64,000 nt of DNA, taken from assembly GCA_043803405.1 (NCBI GenBank), contig JAZDKB010000019.1, positions 288,001 through 352,000 on the forward strand, in the 5' to 3' direction. Position 1 is the stretch's first letter. Every line of letters starts with the position of its first letter. The notes beneath the pieces were generated by a model that was not told the origin of the DNA, made no database searches, and saw only the letters and a list, made by a program, of their open reading frames with translations. Both the position numbers and the translations under genes were made by a program. Shown piece after piece: positions 39,998-50,473 of this stretch. This DNA comes from Spirochaetota bacterium (GTDB lineage Bacteria > Spirochaetota > UBA4802 > JAFGDQ01).

Positions 39998-40420
39998 TCA
40001 ATCAATGTAAACAGGAACATAATTCATTCCCATTGAATCCTTTTTCATTTTACTTGAAAAATCTTCAGGGCCCATCGGATTCCCGTAAAAACCTATTTTT
40101 TGCCCATGTTTCAATTTTTTGCGGCTGTCATATACTGCAATTAAGGTAGCCGACTTTTTATCGGAATTTACTTTAAGATAATAAAATTCCACAACTTTAG
40201 CGTCGTTAGTGCCCCATTCTTCCAGATATACCGGCAAATAATCCATCCCCATTGAATCTTTTTTTGCTTTGGGAGACCAATCTTTCAGACCCATAGGTGC
40301 AACATAAAACACAATTTGTTTTCCTGTTTTATGTTTCATGGATTCAGAATAAACCTGTGCGCTGAAAACTGCTCCTAATAAAACCGTTATAAACAGTGAT
40401 GCAAAAATTTTTTTGTTCAT
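39998..40420 (-). CDS. Exported Met-rich heavy-metal-binding protein
   Basis: ATG 40420 with aggag RBS; signal peptide; two PMG...KKDSMGM(D/N)Y.PVY repeats. Confidence 0.8.
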   Translation of the reverse strand: MNKKIFASLFITVLLGAVFSAQVYSESMKHKTGKQIVFYVAPMGLKDWSPKAKKDSMGMDYLPVYLEEWGTNDAKVVEFYYLKVNSDKKSATLIAVYDSRKKLKHGQKIGFYGNPMGPEDFSSKMKKDSMGMNYVPVYID

Positions 40421-40473
40421 ACTGGTTTTTCTCCTTTTATCAAATTTATAAAATGTGCTTAAATTAAAAAGCC

Positions 40474-43400
40474 TTATTTTAGTTCCCGTTTCTTCCACAG
40501 AAGGTAAATTGCCGGATACACAAGCAATTCCATAATAAATGATGTAAAAAGCCCTCCGACCATAGGCGCCGCGATGCGTTTCATTACGTCTGCGCCTGTG
40601 CCCATTGACCACATGATCGGCATAAGACCCATGGTTGCAGCCATAACTGTCATGATCTTAGGGCGGATACGTTTAACAGCACCGTGAACAATAGCCTCTT
40701 TAAGATCTACGAGGGTATGAAGCCTGCCTTTCTTTTTGGCTTCATCATGCGAGAGATCAAGGAATAACAGCATAAAAACACCGGTTTCTGCATCGAGTCC
40801 CATAAGAGCTATCATCCCTACCCACGCGGCTATGGATGTATGATATCCAAGACCGAACATGAGCCATATTGCACCCACAACCGAAAAAGGCACAGCCAGC
40901 ATTACCACTGCCGCTTTGAAAGCTGATTTCGTGTTCATATAAAGAAGAACGAATATAAGAAGTATTGTTATAGGCAGCACTATTTTAAGACGTTCGGCAA
41001 CGCGCTGCATATTTTCGTACTGCCCGCTCCAGGTAAGCGTATACCCCTGCGGCATCTTTACGCCGCTTTTAACCATCTGTTTTGCTTCTTCAACGTATGA
41101 ACCGACATCGCGGTCTGCGATATCGACATACACATAGCCTGCCAGGCGGCCATTTTCATCACGGATCATTGAAGGGCCATATGTCAGTTTAATATCCGCG
41201 ACTTCCCTCATAGGCACCTGTGCTCCGTTCATGGCTGTAATGTATACCCGCTCCAGGTCGTCCACCTGCGTCCTTAAACTGCGGGGATACCTGACATTAA
41301 TTGAATATCGTTCCCTGCCTTCGATGGTCGTGGATACAGTGTCGCCGCCGATAGCGCTCATGACGACTTCCTGAAAATCATCGATATTTAATCCATATCG
41401 TGCAAGTGCTTCACGTTTTGGTATAAGATCAACGTAAAAGCCGCCTCCTACGCGTTCGGAAAACACACTGCGTGTACCGGGTACGGATTTAATAACGCGT
41501 TCAATTTCGCTTCCAAGCCTCTGTATTTCCATGAGATCAGAACCGAATATTTTGATGCCCACAGGAGTCCTGACGCCTGTGGTCAACATATCGATGCGTC
41601 CTTTGATCGGCATGGTCCAGGCATTCGAATTTCCCGGGATCTGAAGGGACTGATCCATGAGAGCTATGAGCTCGTCATATGAAATTTTATCCGGCCAGAC
41701 ATGACGGAACAGCCAGGCGAGCGGAGCCGGCGCCCATGCCGAATACCAGCGCTTCTTCTCCCGCCATTCGCTCTGCGGTTTCAGATGTATTGTCGTTTCC
41801 ATCATGGAAAACGGCGCCGGGTCCGTTGATGTATCCGCCCTTCCCGCTTTGCCAAACACAGTATCTACTTCTGGAAAGGATTTTAATATTTTATCCTGGA
41901 TTATAAGCAGGTTCCGCGCTTCGGTCACTGAAATCCCAGGCAGCGTGGTCGGCATATAGAGTACCGTACCTTCGTTTAGCGGTGGCATGAATTCAGAACC
42001 GAGTTTAAAATATACGGGGATCGATATCATTACTATCAGTACAGCTCCTGCAATAACCCTTTTAGGATGTTCCAATACCCAGCGGCAGGGAGCATCATAT
42101 AACCGGAAAAGAATTTTACTGACAGGATGTTTTTCTTCAGAATAATATTTTCCCACAAATAGGTTAGTTGCTACAGATGCGAGCCATTTCGGTTTCAGGC
42201 TAAAAGGCTCCAGCCTTGCAAAAAGCATGCGGACCGCAGGGTCAAGGGTAACGGCAAGTAGCGAGGCTATTGCTATTGTGAGTGTTTTAGTCCATGCCAG
42301 GGGCGTGAAAAGCCGCCCCTCCTGATCCACCAGCGTAAAAACCGGGAGAAATGCTACTGCAATTACCAGGAGAGAAAAGAAAACCGACGGCCCAACCTCC
42401 ATAAGCGCCTCAAGGCGCACTTCATGAAAATCGCCTTTCCGTCCTCCTTCTATCCATAACTCGATTTTCTTGTACGCATTTTCAACTTCAACTATTGCGC
42501 CATCCACCAGCACACCAATGGAAATGGCAATGCCCGCAAGGCTCATAATATTTGACGAGATCCCGAAGAAGTACATTGGAATAAATGCCAGTGCTACAGA
42601 TATGGGTATGGTGATGATCGGTACCAGAGCAGAAGGAAAGTGCCACAGGAACAGGAGAATGACAAGACTCACGATTACCATTTCCACGATAAGTTCTTCC
42701 TTCAGATTATCGATGGATCTCTGTATCAGGTCTGAACGGTCATAAACGGTTTTAATTTCTACTCCTTCCGGAAGCGAAGGTTTCAAATCCTCAATCTTTG
42801 CCTTAATTCGTTCGATGACGTTCAAGGCGTTTTCACCATGCCGTATAACGACTATGCCGCCGGTAACATCTCCGAGGCCGTTTAATTCGGCAAGTCCGCG
42901 ACGTATCTGGGGCCCAATGGTTATAGTAGCTACATTCTCCAGGAGTACCGGTGTCCCCTTGCTCTCTTTCACAGGGACTTTCCTGAGATCATCAACGCTT
43001 TTAACATATCCCTTGGCCCGCACCATGAATTCCTTGCCTGACCATTCAATCAGCCGCCCGCCTGCTTCGTTGTTATTTTTCTTGATAGCTTCAATAACAT
43101 TCATTAGCGAAAGGTTGTACGTATGGAGACGATTGGGATCAACTATTACCTGGTACTGCTTCTCAAAGCCGCCGATGCCGGCGACTTCCGACACGCCCGG
43201 CACACTCTGCAGCGCGTATTTGAGTGTCCAGTCCTGGAACGACCGGAGGCTGGCAAGGTCGTGTTTGCCGGATTTGTCGACAAGGGCGTACTGGAAAACC
43301 CATCCTACGCCTGTGGCATCCGGACCTAGTTCAGACTTAACTCCAGGCGGTAAGTTTCCCTGTATTTTTGACAGGTACTCGAGCACGCGGCTGCGCGCCC

Positions 43401-43710
43401 AGTAAATGTCCGTACCGTCCTGGAAGATAACGTACACATAAGAAAAGCCGAAATCGCTGTACCCGCGAATGGCCTTTACGCGGGGAGCGCCTAAAAGCGC
43501 GGATATAATCGGATAGGTGACCTGATCTTCAAGAATGTCAGGACTTCTGTCCCATTTCGTGTATACGATAACCTGTGTGTCTGAGAGATCCGGTATTGCG
43601 TCAAGGGGGATATTATACATGGAATAGACGGCATATGCAATCGCGGCTGCCATGAGCAATATTATCATTATTCTATTATGGGCGGAAAATGATATTATTT
43701 TTCTTATCAT
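40474..43710 (-). CDS. cusA: Cu(I)/Ag(I) efflux RND permease
   Basis: DAIPDLSDTQV, DIYWARSRVLEYL, GPDATGVGWV, NIMSLAGIAI, RIRPKIMT motifs. Confidence 0.96.
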   Translation of the reverse strand: MIRKIISFSAHNRIMIILLMAAAIAYAVYSMYNIPLDAIPDLSDTQVIVYTKWDRSPDILEDQVTYPIISALLGAPRVKAIRGYSDFGFSYVYVIFQDGTDIYWARSRVLEYLSKIQGNLPPGVKSELGPDATGVGWVFQYALVDKSGKHDLASLRSFQDWTLKYALQSVPGVSEVAGIGGFEKQYQVIVDPNRLHTYNLSLMNVIEAIKKNNNEAGGRLIEWSGKEFMVRAKGYVKSVDDLRKVPVKESKGTPVLLENVATITIGPQIRRGLAELNGLGDVTGGIVVIRHGENALNVIERIKAKIEDLKPSLPEGVEIKTVYDRSDLIQRSIDNLKEELIVEMVIVSLVILLFLWHFPSALVPIITIPISVALAFIPMYFFGISSNIMSLAGIAISIGVLVDGAIVEVENAYKKIELWIEGGRKGDFHEVRLEALMEVGPSVFFSLLVIAVAFLPVFTLVDQEGRLFTPLAWTKTLTIAIASLLAVTLDPAVRMLFARLEPFSLKPKWLASVATNLFVGKYYSEEKHPVSKILFRLYDAPCRWVLEHPKRVIAGAVLIVMISIPVYFKLGSEFMPPLNEGTVLYMPTTLPGISVTEARNLLIIQDKILKSFPEVDTVFGKAGRADTSTDPAPFSMMETTIHLKPQSEWREKKRWYSAWAPAPLAWLFRHVWPDKISYDELIALMDQSLQIPGNSNAWTMPIKGRIDMLTTGVRTPVGIKIFGSDLMEIQRLGSEIERVIKSVPGTRSVFSERVGGGFYVDLIPKREALARYGLNIDDFQEVVMSAIGGDTVSTTIEGRERYSINVRYPRSLRTQVDDLERVYITAMNGAQVPMREVADIKLTYGPSMIRDENGRLAGYVYVDIADRDVGSYVEEAKQMVKSGVKMPQGYTLTWSGQYENMQRVAERLKIVLPITILLIFVLLYMNTKSAFKAAVVMLAVPFSVVGAIWLMFGLGYHTSIAAWVGMIALMGLDAETGVFMLLFLDLSHDEAKKKGRLHTLVDLKEAIVHGAVKRIRPKIMTVMAATMGLMPIMWSMGTGADVMKRIAAPMVGGLFTSFIMELLVYPAIYLLWKKRELK

Positions 43711-43778
43711 TCTGGAAACCTATTTTATATTTATAACATGAATTTTTAACCTAACCACTCTATGTGTCATCTCTATGT

Positions 43779-43978
43779 CATTTGAAGCTTCGAACAAGTT
43801 GTTTGAAGCTTCGCGCAACTCATTTGAAGCTTCGCGAGACTCATTTGAAGCTTCGCGTAACTTATTTGAAGCTTCGCGCAACTTATTTAAAGCTTCGTGC
43901 AACTCGTTTGAAGCTTCGCGAGACTCATTTGAAGCTTCGCGTAGCTCATTTGAAGCTTCGCGTAACTCGTTTGAAGCT
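43779..43978. repeat. Tandem repeat, ~9.5 units of 21 bp
   Basis: Consensus catttgaagcttcgcgnaact, head to tail with no spacers. Confidence 0.95.
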
Positions 43979-44078
43979 ATAAATCCGGCATTTTAAGTAA
44001 TAAATTCAATTATTTGAACAAAACTCCCCTGCAATTGCGTTAAACGTTGAATCGTATGAATACATATGTGCCGCTAAT

Positions 44079-44218
44079 GCCCCCTAACCCCCTGAGGGGG
44101 CATAATGAATTTCAGTCACATTGCTTTTCTGCTTCTGATCACTGTATAATTTAAATTCAACACTATGTCTTCCAGTTAAAACCATCCAAGCCGGTGCCCC
44201 CTCCGGGGGATAGGGGGC
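44079..44218. repeat. REP-like inverted pair (24 bp arms, 22/24 match)
   Basis: gccccctaaccccctgagggggca ... tgccccctccgggggatagggggc. Confidence 0.8.
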
Positions 44219-44221
44219 CAG

Positions 44222-45598
44222 TTAGTTCCCGCCCACAGCTGATTTTAATGCAGCTTTCAACGAAGATTCAGAGTCTATAAGAAAATTCGCTGAAGTGACA
44301 ACCAACTCACCCTTCTTTAATCCGGAGACGATCTCATAATAACCGTCGCTGGACCGGATGCCGAGTTTGACCTCGTAAGGCACGATCAAATCGCCCTTCC
44401 CTTTGATGAAAACATAATTTCGTTCGCCGGTCTGCATAACAGCCTGTTCGGGGACAGCTGTTCTTTTACCAATGTTGTATGACAGTTTCGCATCGCCGTA
44501 CATGTTCGGTTTGAGTACCAACTCAGAATTCGGGATTTCAATCCTGGCCTTAAGAACACGCGTTTCAGCATCCATAAAAGGATTGAGAAAGCTGACATAG
44601 CCTTTGAATGTTTTTCCCTGCCAGTATGACAGTGTCACTTCCACAGGCATCCCGACCCTGACATACGGAAGGTCTGTTTCATGAAGATCTATTTCTCCCC
44701 AGACCCTGGACAGGTCAACGATTACCATAAGCGCGTCGTTCATCATAATCCTCTGGCCCTGGAGTACCATCTTCTCTGTTACATATCCGGAAGACGGAGC
44801 GTAAAGCTTTACTGCACGCTCAATCCTTCCTGTTGTACTGAAATGCTCTATCTGTACGTCGGTTATATCCAGCAGCCTGAGTCTTTCCCGCGCCGCTTTT
44901 TCAATCTCATCCATGCTGTCCGACATATTATCACCGGAATCAGTCTTTAATTTTTGTTTTGCCTTTAATGCGGACAGATACTCCTGCTGCGCAGAAAGTA
45001 GCTCAGGACTGTATACCGATAATAACGGGCTTCCTTTCTTTACAAACTGCCCGGTCTGGTTCACATACAACTCCTCTACCCATCCGGTTACCTTCGTTGT
45101 CACTTTGAACTGCCGCGTTTCATCCGGAACTATCCTGGTCGAAGTGTGTATCTCCCTGCGTATGTTCCTGATTTTTATCTCCTCAAACGACAGCCCGATT
45201 ATTTCCCGCTTTTCCTTTGTTATGATAACCGGCGCCAGGCCGGAAGGCGTTTTAATATCTTCCTCCCTGCCGCCCACCTCAAAGGGAATCATGTCCATCC
45301 CCATAGAGTCTTTTCCCGGTTTGTCACTCACCTCATTCGGGTTCATGGAGGACTTGTACATTATTTTTTTTTCTTTGGATTTCTCCTCTTTTTTGATGGG
45401 TATAAGCTTCATGCCGCAGATAGGGCACTCACCCGGTTCGTCCCTGATAATCTGTGGATGCATGGCACATGTATAAAGCTGTTTTTCTTCTATCCCGGAG
45501 TGGTCTTTATGTGAATGAAATATATATGTGTAACTTAAATATCCGCCAAAAGCTATAAGTATGATAATTATTATAATAAATAGTTTGCGTCTTTTCAT
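44222..45598 (-). CDS. cusB: Heavy metal efflux RND periplasmic adaptor
   Basis: YTCAMHPQI..PGECPICGMKL metal-binding domain, KDSMGMD, YSPELLSAQQEYL, FLIDSES motifs. Confidence 0.93.
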   Translation of the reverse strand: MKRRKLFIIIIIILIAFGGYLSYTYIFHSHKDHSGIEEKQLYTCAMHPQIIRDEPGECPICGMKLIPIKKEEKSKEKKIMYKSSMNPNEVSDKPGKDSMGMDMIPFEVGGREEDIKTPSGLAPVIITKEKREIIGLSFEEIKIRNIRREIHTSTRIVPDETRQFKVTTKVTGWVEELYVNQTGQFVKKGSPLLSVYSPELLSAQQEYLSALKAKQKLKTDSGDNMSDSMDEIEKAARERLRLLDITDVQIEHFSTTGRIERAVKLYAPSSGYVTEKMVLQGQRIMMNDALMVIVDLSRVWGEIDLHETDLPYVRVGMPVEVTLSYWQGKTFKGYVSFLNPFMDAETRVLKARIEIPNSELVLKPNMYGDAKLSYNIGKRTAVPEQAVMQTGERNYVFIKGKGDLIVPYEVKLGIRSSDGYYEIVSGLKKGELVVTSANFLIDSESSLKAALKSAVGGN

Positions 45599-46839
45599 GG
45601 TAAGATCTCCTGCCCCAATAAAGCGTGCAGTTCTGAATATGACACGCTATATTCTTTCTTAGCCATCAGCAGCTCCTTGCGGTATCTGAGGAGCATCCTC
45701 ACGGAATCGATAACAGGCATGAATTCAACCGAACTTGTGCGGTATCTTGATAGTGTTGTTTCAAGTCCAAGCTCAGTCTGCGGAATAAGTTTGTCTTTAT
45801 ATAGTTTGTATAGATCTTTCCATTTAACCAGCTGGCTGATCAGTATTTCTGTACGGGCTTTCATGTCGTTTAATTTATCCTGGTATATGTTCTTTGCCGA
45901 CTCATGTTTTTTCCCCATTTCGTCCACCATGTTCATGTTTTTTTTCCATGACCAGACCGGGATATTGAACGTTATCATTCCGGTCACCATATCATCCCGC
46001 TTCATACCATCGGGACTGTTCTGCCTTTGCATGTATGAAACTCCGATATCCACATCCGGGATATATTCCGATTTTTTAAGGGATATTTCATTCCTGCTTA
46101 TTTCCGTGTCTATCAGCAGCATTTTAAGCTGAGGATTCGAAACTGCGATTTCTTTATTTACTGCTTCAACCGATATATCTTTGAAATCCGGTTCCGGCAG
46201 TTTATCAATATTTATTTCAACTTTTTTCCCTGTAAGATAATTTATTTTCTGTTCGAATTCCTTTCTTTTTTGTATCATTGAGATTATTTCCTCGTCTGCC
46301 ATATCATACTCGGTTTTTGCTTTGATTACATTGGAAAGGCTTCCCATCCCGGATTTGCTCGCTGCGATTTCGCTGTCTACTACAAGTTTGATCTGCTTTT
46401 TAATATCTTCTATGAACTGAATTGACGAGCGTGTATAAATAATTTCATAAATATACATTCGCAGCATATAAAGGGTCTCTACTTTTTCAGCTTTGAGTCT
46501 TGCAGCTGCTTTTTCATATTCTTTTTCTGCTATGCTCTTTCTATAACCTAACTTGCCGAGAGGTATCATCTGGGATATTCCGATTTCCTTGGATGTCATA
46601 TCCTCCTCAGTGAAAGAAAAAGAGCTGACAGGGAGATTGTTGACTCCAAGTTTCAGTTTTGGATCTTCAAGGGCATTGCTCTGCGGGATTCGCTTTCTCA
46701 TCATCTGAGTTTCGGATTCCATTGCTTTAATACGGGGATTTTCAGCAAGAGCTGTCTTTTGAAGCTCTTCAAAAGACAGTGTCTGGCCGTAAGCCGGATA
46801 GGATAGCCCGACTAAAATTATTAAAAATATTTTTTTCAT
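45595..46839 (-). CDS. TolC family outer membrane efflux protein (CusC-like)
   Basis: Signal peptide, NP.IKA, LEDPKL, GISQMIP; first gene of the cus operon. Confidence 0.9.
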   Translation of the reverse strand: MKKIFLIILVGLSYPAYGQTLSFEELQKTALAENPRIKAMESETQMMRKRIPQSNALEDPKLKLGVNNLPVSSFSFTEEDMTSKEIGISQMIPLGKLGYRKSIAEKEYEKAAARLKAEKVETLYMLRMYIYEIIYTRSSIQFIEDIKKQIKLVVDSEIAASKSGMGSLSNVIKAKTEYDMADEEIISMIQKRKEFEQKINYLTGKKVEINIDKLPEPDFKDISVEAVNKEIAVSNPQLKMLLIDTEISRNEISLKKSEYIPDVDIGVSYMQRQNSPDGMKRDDMVTGMITFNIPVWSWKKNMNMVDEMGKKHESAKNIYQDKLNDMKARTEILISQLVKWKDLYKLYKDKLIPQTELGLETTLSRYRTSSVEFMPVIDSVRMLLRYRKELLMAKKEYSVSYSELHALLGQEILP

Positions 46840-47382
46840 AAAATTTTCTGCCCTGAGTACCGGTATATTTCCGGCAAAAAAAATGCCGGTCACTTACTAA
46901 CAAATAATGCAGCGAATGGTAATTTTTACATGAATAAACTGCGCTTAAATTATTTCTACTCGCGTATATTAGATTTATCCATTTTGATTGTATTGTTTGC
47001 AGATATATAAGATTTGGATTTTTATTAAAGCAGGCTTTATTTGTCAGGCTTTCCAAATTCAAAAACTGAATACAGTTACATCCAAAAAAACATAATCAGC
47101 ATTTGAAAAATGAATTATAAAATCTTTTAAACTATATCTATGAAATGTAAAAAAGTCAAATTCGAAATTATTCTTTCGAATAAAATGTTTCTGTTTTTAA
47201 TAAATTAAAATTAAGTTGCTTATGAAACAATTACTTCCCGGTTTATTTTTAAAAAATGCAGGAAATATTAAGTGACTTTTTGAAACCCTCCTATTAATAT
47301 TCTTATCAATCATATTTATTATTTATTCATTTATCACAAATTAATTTCTTTATCTTTAATTTTAAAAATAAATCCCGTCAAA

Positions 47383-48147
47383 ATGGAAAAACAAAAAACA
47401 AAGGAAATCAAAATGTTCTCTTATCAGGTCTGCGGCAAAACAAACAAAGGGCTGGTCAGGAATATAAATGAGGATTACTTTTTGTCGGATGTCGAAACCG
47501 GGGTTTTCATAGTTGCTGACGGAGTCGGAGGCAGCCAGGGCGGGGATGTCGCAAGCCGGGTTGCTGCCGAAAGCATTCTAGGATCCCTTGTTGCCATGCA
47601 TAACAAAGGCGAAAATAATATTGATGATGAATTAATAGACAGCCTGGTTGACAAAGCACAGGAAGAAATATTTAAATTTTCCGCTACGGATCCTTCACTA
47701 AAAGGAATGAGCACTACGGTTGTTTTCGCGGTAACACAGGACTCAGGGATCTGGATTGCCAATATAGGTGATTCGCGTGCTTATCTTGTCCGGCACCATA
47801 AAATAGAATTGCTTACAAAAGATCATTCCGTGGTCGCCAAATGGGTTGAAGAAGGAATTATAACAGAAGAGGAAGCCAGGGTGCATCCCTTACGTAATGT
47901 CATTACGCAATCTATAGGTTTAGACCTGAGAGAAGGCTGTTATAAAAGAAAATATAAGATATATAATAAGGATATATTTATTTTATGTTCTGACGGGTTG
48001 TGGAACATGCTGAAAGACGACCGGATCAAAGATATATGTCTTGGCTCCGACGATGTAGCAACAATATGCGAAAATCTTATTTATTCAGCAAACACAGCCG
48101 GAGGCCATGATAATATAACTGTAATAGTGATAAAAGTTGTTAAATAG
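47383..48147 (+). CDS. PP2C-type Ser/Thr protein phosphatase (Stp1/PrpC family)
   Basis: GLVRNINED, VADGVGG, GMSTT, NIGDSRAY, DHS, CSDGL, GGHDNIT; start may be 47413. Confidence 0.95.
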   Translation: MEKQKTKEIKMFSYQVCGKTNKGLVRNINEDYFLSDVETGVFIVADGVGGSQGGDVASRVAAESILGSLVAMHNKGENNIDDELIDSLVDKAQEEIFKFSATDPSLKGMSTTVVFAVTQDSGIWIANIGDSRAYLVRHHKIELLTKDHSVVAKWVEEGIITEEEARVHPLRNVITQSIGLDLREGCYKRKYKIYNKDIFILCSDGLWNMLKDDRIKDICLGSDDVATICENLIYSANTAGGHDNITVIVIKVVK

Positions 48148-48185
48148 ATTTTATAAATTCAACAGGGAAGTAAATGGATATCGGA

Positions 48186-49991
48186 TTACTCCAGCCCTGA
48201 AATATGCAAATCTTTGTCAAAAGTAACAACAATGTCATATGATATTGTTGTTTTCTGGTTCGGTTTCATTGTAAGAACTATCCTTCTCTGTCCCTGACTG
48301 TAACCTGTGTCTTCAGCATTTTCAGCTGGAAGGAAAGGAGCGGACAGGTTTTTAATTTCCACTTCGATCTTCTCGTTTTGAGATACAGGGATTCTGTCGC
48401 GAAGAAGTACCTTTGTTTCAGTCTTGATATTGTTTTCTACTTTCAGCTGATATGAATAAACAATCCGCCGTTTTCCGCCGAATACTCCGGCAGCGTCCTC
48501 GTATTTTTTTACCAGTTCCTTCTGAGCTGTAATACGCGGTTCCATTCCGAGAACAAGAGTATCCTTTTTACCTGCCGGAATATATGGAAGCGTTACTTTG
48601 CCCATATATTCGTTATCAAGAAATACCTGTGTCTCACCGGTAAGCCACGGGATCTCGGATGTATTGGTGACTTCCGCGGTGATAAATGCTTCGCATGACT
48701 GCCATGAATAAAGTTCGAATTTAAATTCGAGCGATTTACCCGGAACAAAATTATACTCTTTGATAAATTTTTTCTGGCTGCTGTTCGTTGACGAAAGATT
48801 CTGTTTGAGCGGAAGCTCCAGTTCGATGTACGCTCCTTTCTCCGTTATCTGGGTAAGCGGAATCTCTGCCGGCTCCGAATCCTTTGCTTTTTGCGGAGGC
48901 GAGGCCGGTGCGGCTTTCCTTGCAAATTTTTCTTCTTTTATCGAATCAGACATGCTTTCTGCCGCGCCATACGAAGGACTATAAATCGAGAGATACCATG
49001 GAGCGAAATAGGGTGATATAAGCGCATTGGACGGCGCACCGGTGGAGAGAAGCAATTTGATATTTTCCCAGTCTTCTCCTGTTTTCTGAAAGATGCTTCC
49101 ATATACCGAGAGACTCAACTTACCATTTTCCCTGTCTGCACGAACATCATATGCCATGTCCCATCGTGTGTTGGGAATGAGGTAACTGAATTCGATTTTA
49201 GTTTCTACATCGCGTGCTGAAAACATGTTAAGAACGATACGCTTTTCAATATCGGTCCCGGCCGCAGGTTTTTTAAGATACGCGACCTGCTGTGCGTAAA
49301 ATGCGTTTGATTCGGCATATTGCTGTATTTCCATGCCCGATCTGTTCTTAACCTGCGCTTTATTGAGAACCTGGTAGTTCGAGTAGTAACTTTGTCCGGC
49401 AATCTGCGCCAGTTCGAATTCCCATTTCTGGATTTCTTTTCCCAGATCTTCCCTGGCAGTTTCAATCCTTCTTCTCGTTGTGACTATAGAATTATTTTTA
49501 TGTGAACAGTAAGAAAGAGTGTCCTCCCAGACCTTAACCTGGGGAATCCGGGTCGCGAGTTCTTTTGAGATATTTGTTTCAGTGAAACTTAATATCGACT
49601 TAACGAATTTTTCCTGCGTGTTGAGTGAAGAGAGATCATCTATATAATCCTGATCTTTCTGGCGAAGTTTCTTCAGCTTATCTTCAATATCCTGAACTTT
49701 TTTCTGGAACCGTTCAACAAGCATTTTCTGTTCGACTTTAACTGACATTATTTTTCCGTCGTAATCTTTGGGCAAGGAGCTTTTAATCGACCAGTCATGC
49801 AATGTTTTAGGGAGACCGGTCATTACGATCTGGTTATCTCCTTTTTTAACTTTCACAAGTGCAGTCCGGGTTACGAGAGCCTGGTTCTGATATACCTTGA
49901 CTGACTGTATGGTGCTTGAATATTCATTATCGGCTGCAGAACATATCTCTGCAGATAAAATGATCAGTGCAAATATAATAATATATTTCAT
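48186..49991 (-). CDS. Mucoidy inhibitor MuiA family protein (DUF4140/DUF4139)
   Basis: VKVYQNQALVTR, W..AYD, QKTGEDW, LSTGAP, DRIPVSQ motifs. Confidence 0.88.
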   Translation of the reverse strand: MKYIIIFALIILSAEICSAADNEYSSTIQSVKVYQNQALVTRTALVKVKKGDNQIVMTGLPKTLHDWSIKSSLPKDYDGKIMSVKVEQKMLVERFQKKVQDIEDKLKKLRQKDQDYIDDLSSLNTQEKFVKSILSFTETNISKELATRIPQVKVWEDTLSYCSHKNNSIVTTRRRIETAREDLGKEIQKWEFELAQIAGQSYYSNYQVLNKAQVKNRSGMEIQQYAESNAFYAQQVAYLKKPAAGTDIEKRIVLNMFSARDVETKIEFSYLIPNTRWDMAYDVRADRENGKLSLSVYGSIFQKTGEDWENIKLLLSTGAPSNALISPYFAPWYLSIYSPSYGAAESMSDSIKEEKFARKAAPASPPQKAKDSEPAEIPLTQITEKGAYIELELPLKQNLSSTNSSQKKFIKEYNFVPGKSLEFKFELYSWQSCEAFITAEVTNTSEIPWLTGETQVFLDNEYMGKVTLPYIPAGKKDTLVLGMEPRITAQKELVKKYEDAAGVFGGKRRIVYSYQLKVENNIKTETKVLLRDRIPVSQNEKIEVEIKNLSAPFLPAENAEDTGYSQGQRRIVLTMKPNQKTTISYDIVVTFDKDLHISGLE

Positions 49992-50161
49992 GACATGCCT
50001 CTTGGTCTGACCTGGTTACGGGAAATACTATGTGTGATGCAATTTACATAAACGTTTTTTTGTTCAAAGTCAATTGTTTTTTCAGTTGCTCCCTGCTGCT
50101 CCCGGTGTAGAATTATATATTATTCGGACTTTTCAAGTCTTCGTTATTTCGGTTAATGGAA

Positions 50162-50257
50162 TGTCATTTCGAACCCTGCGCATCCCGAACGAAGTCGGAG
50201 GAAAGCAGGGTGAGAAATCTACTTTACTTGAGATTTTTCCCTTCGGTCAGAATGACA
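50162..50257. repeat. GTCATT...AATGAC palindromic repeat, copy 1
   Basis: tgtcatttcgaa...gtgagaaatct...agattttt...cagaatgaca; related copy at 53381. Confidence 0.75.
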
Positions 50258-50473
50258 CTATTTATTATTAATATATCAGTTGTTAATTCGCAGTTCTACT
50301 ATTAGGACATCCCCTTAAAATTGATAATTATTGTCGCGGTATATGCATTTAAACAGGTTTTGAGATGCACTCTATTTAATTTTTTTATAGACATGTAAAA
50401 TAATATATCTATAGTTTTGAAATTCGCCTAAGCATTAGCAGGTTATAATTAAAAATTCCAAGGAGGATCTTAT

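Noticed and set aside
40421..40612. N-terminal extension of the Met-rich protein
   Set aside because: Overlaps cusA; RBS and signal peptide indicate a start at 40420
42815..43405. Long antisense ORFs here and within carB, metK, cusB and the hybrid kinase
   Set aside because: Lie wholly opposite well-supported genes and show no independent motifs
43779..43978. Possible CRISPR array
   Set aside because: Units are head to tail with no unique spacers and no cas genes are present
46769..47062. 97 aa ORF upstream of the TolC gene
   Set aside because: TTG start, no RBS, overlaps TolC start, no recognisable features
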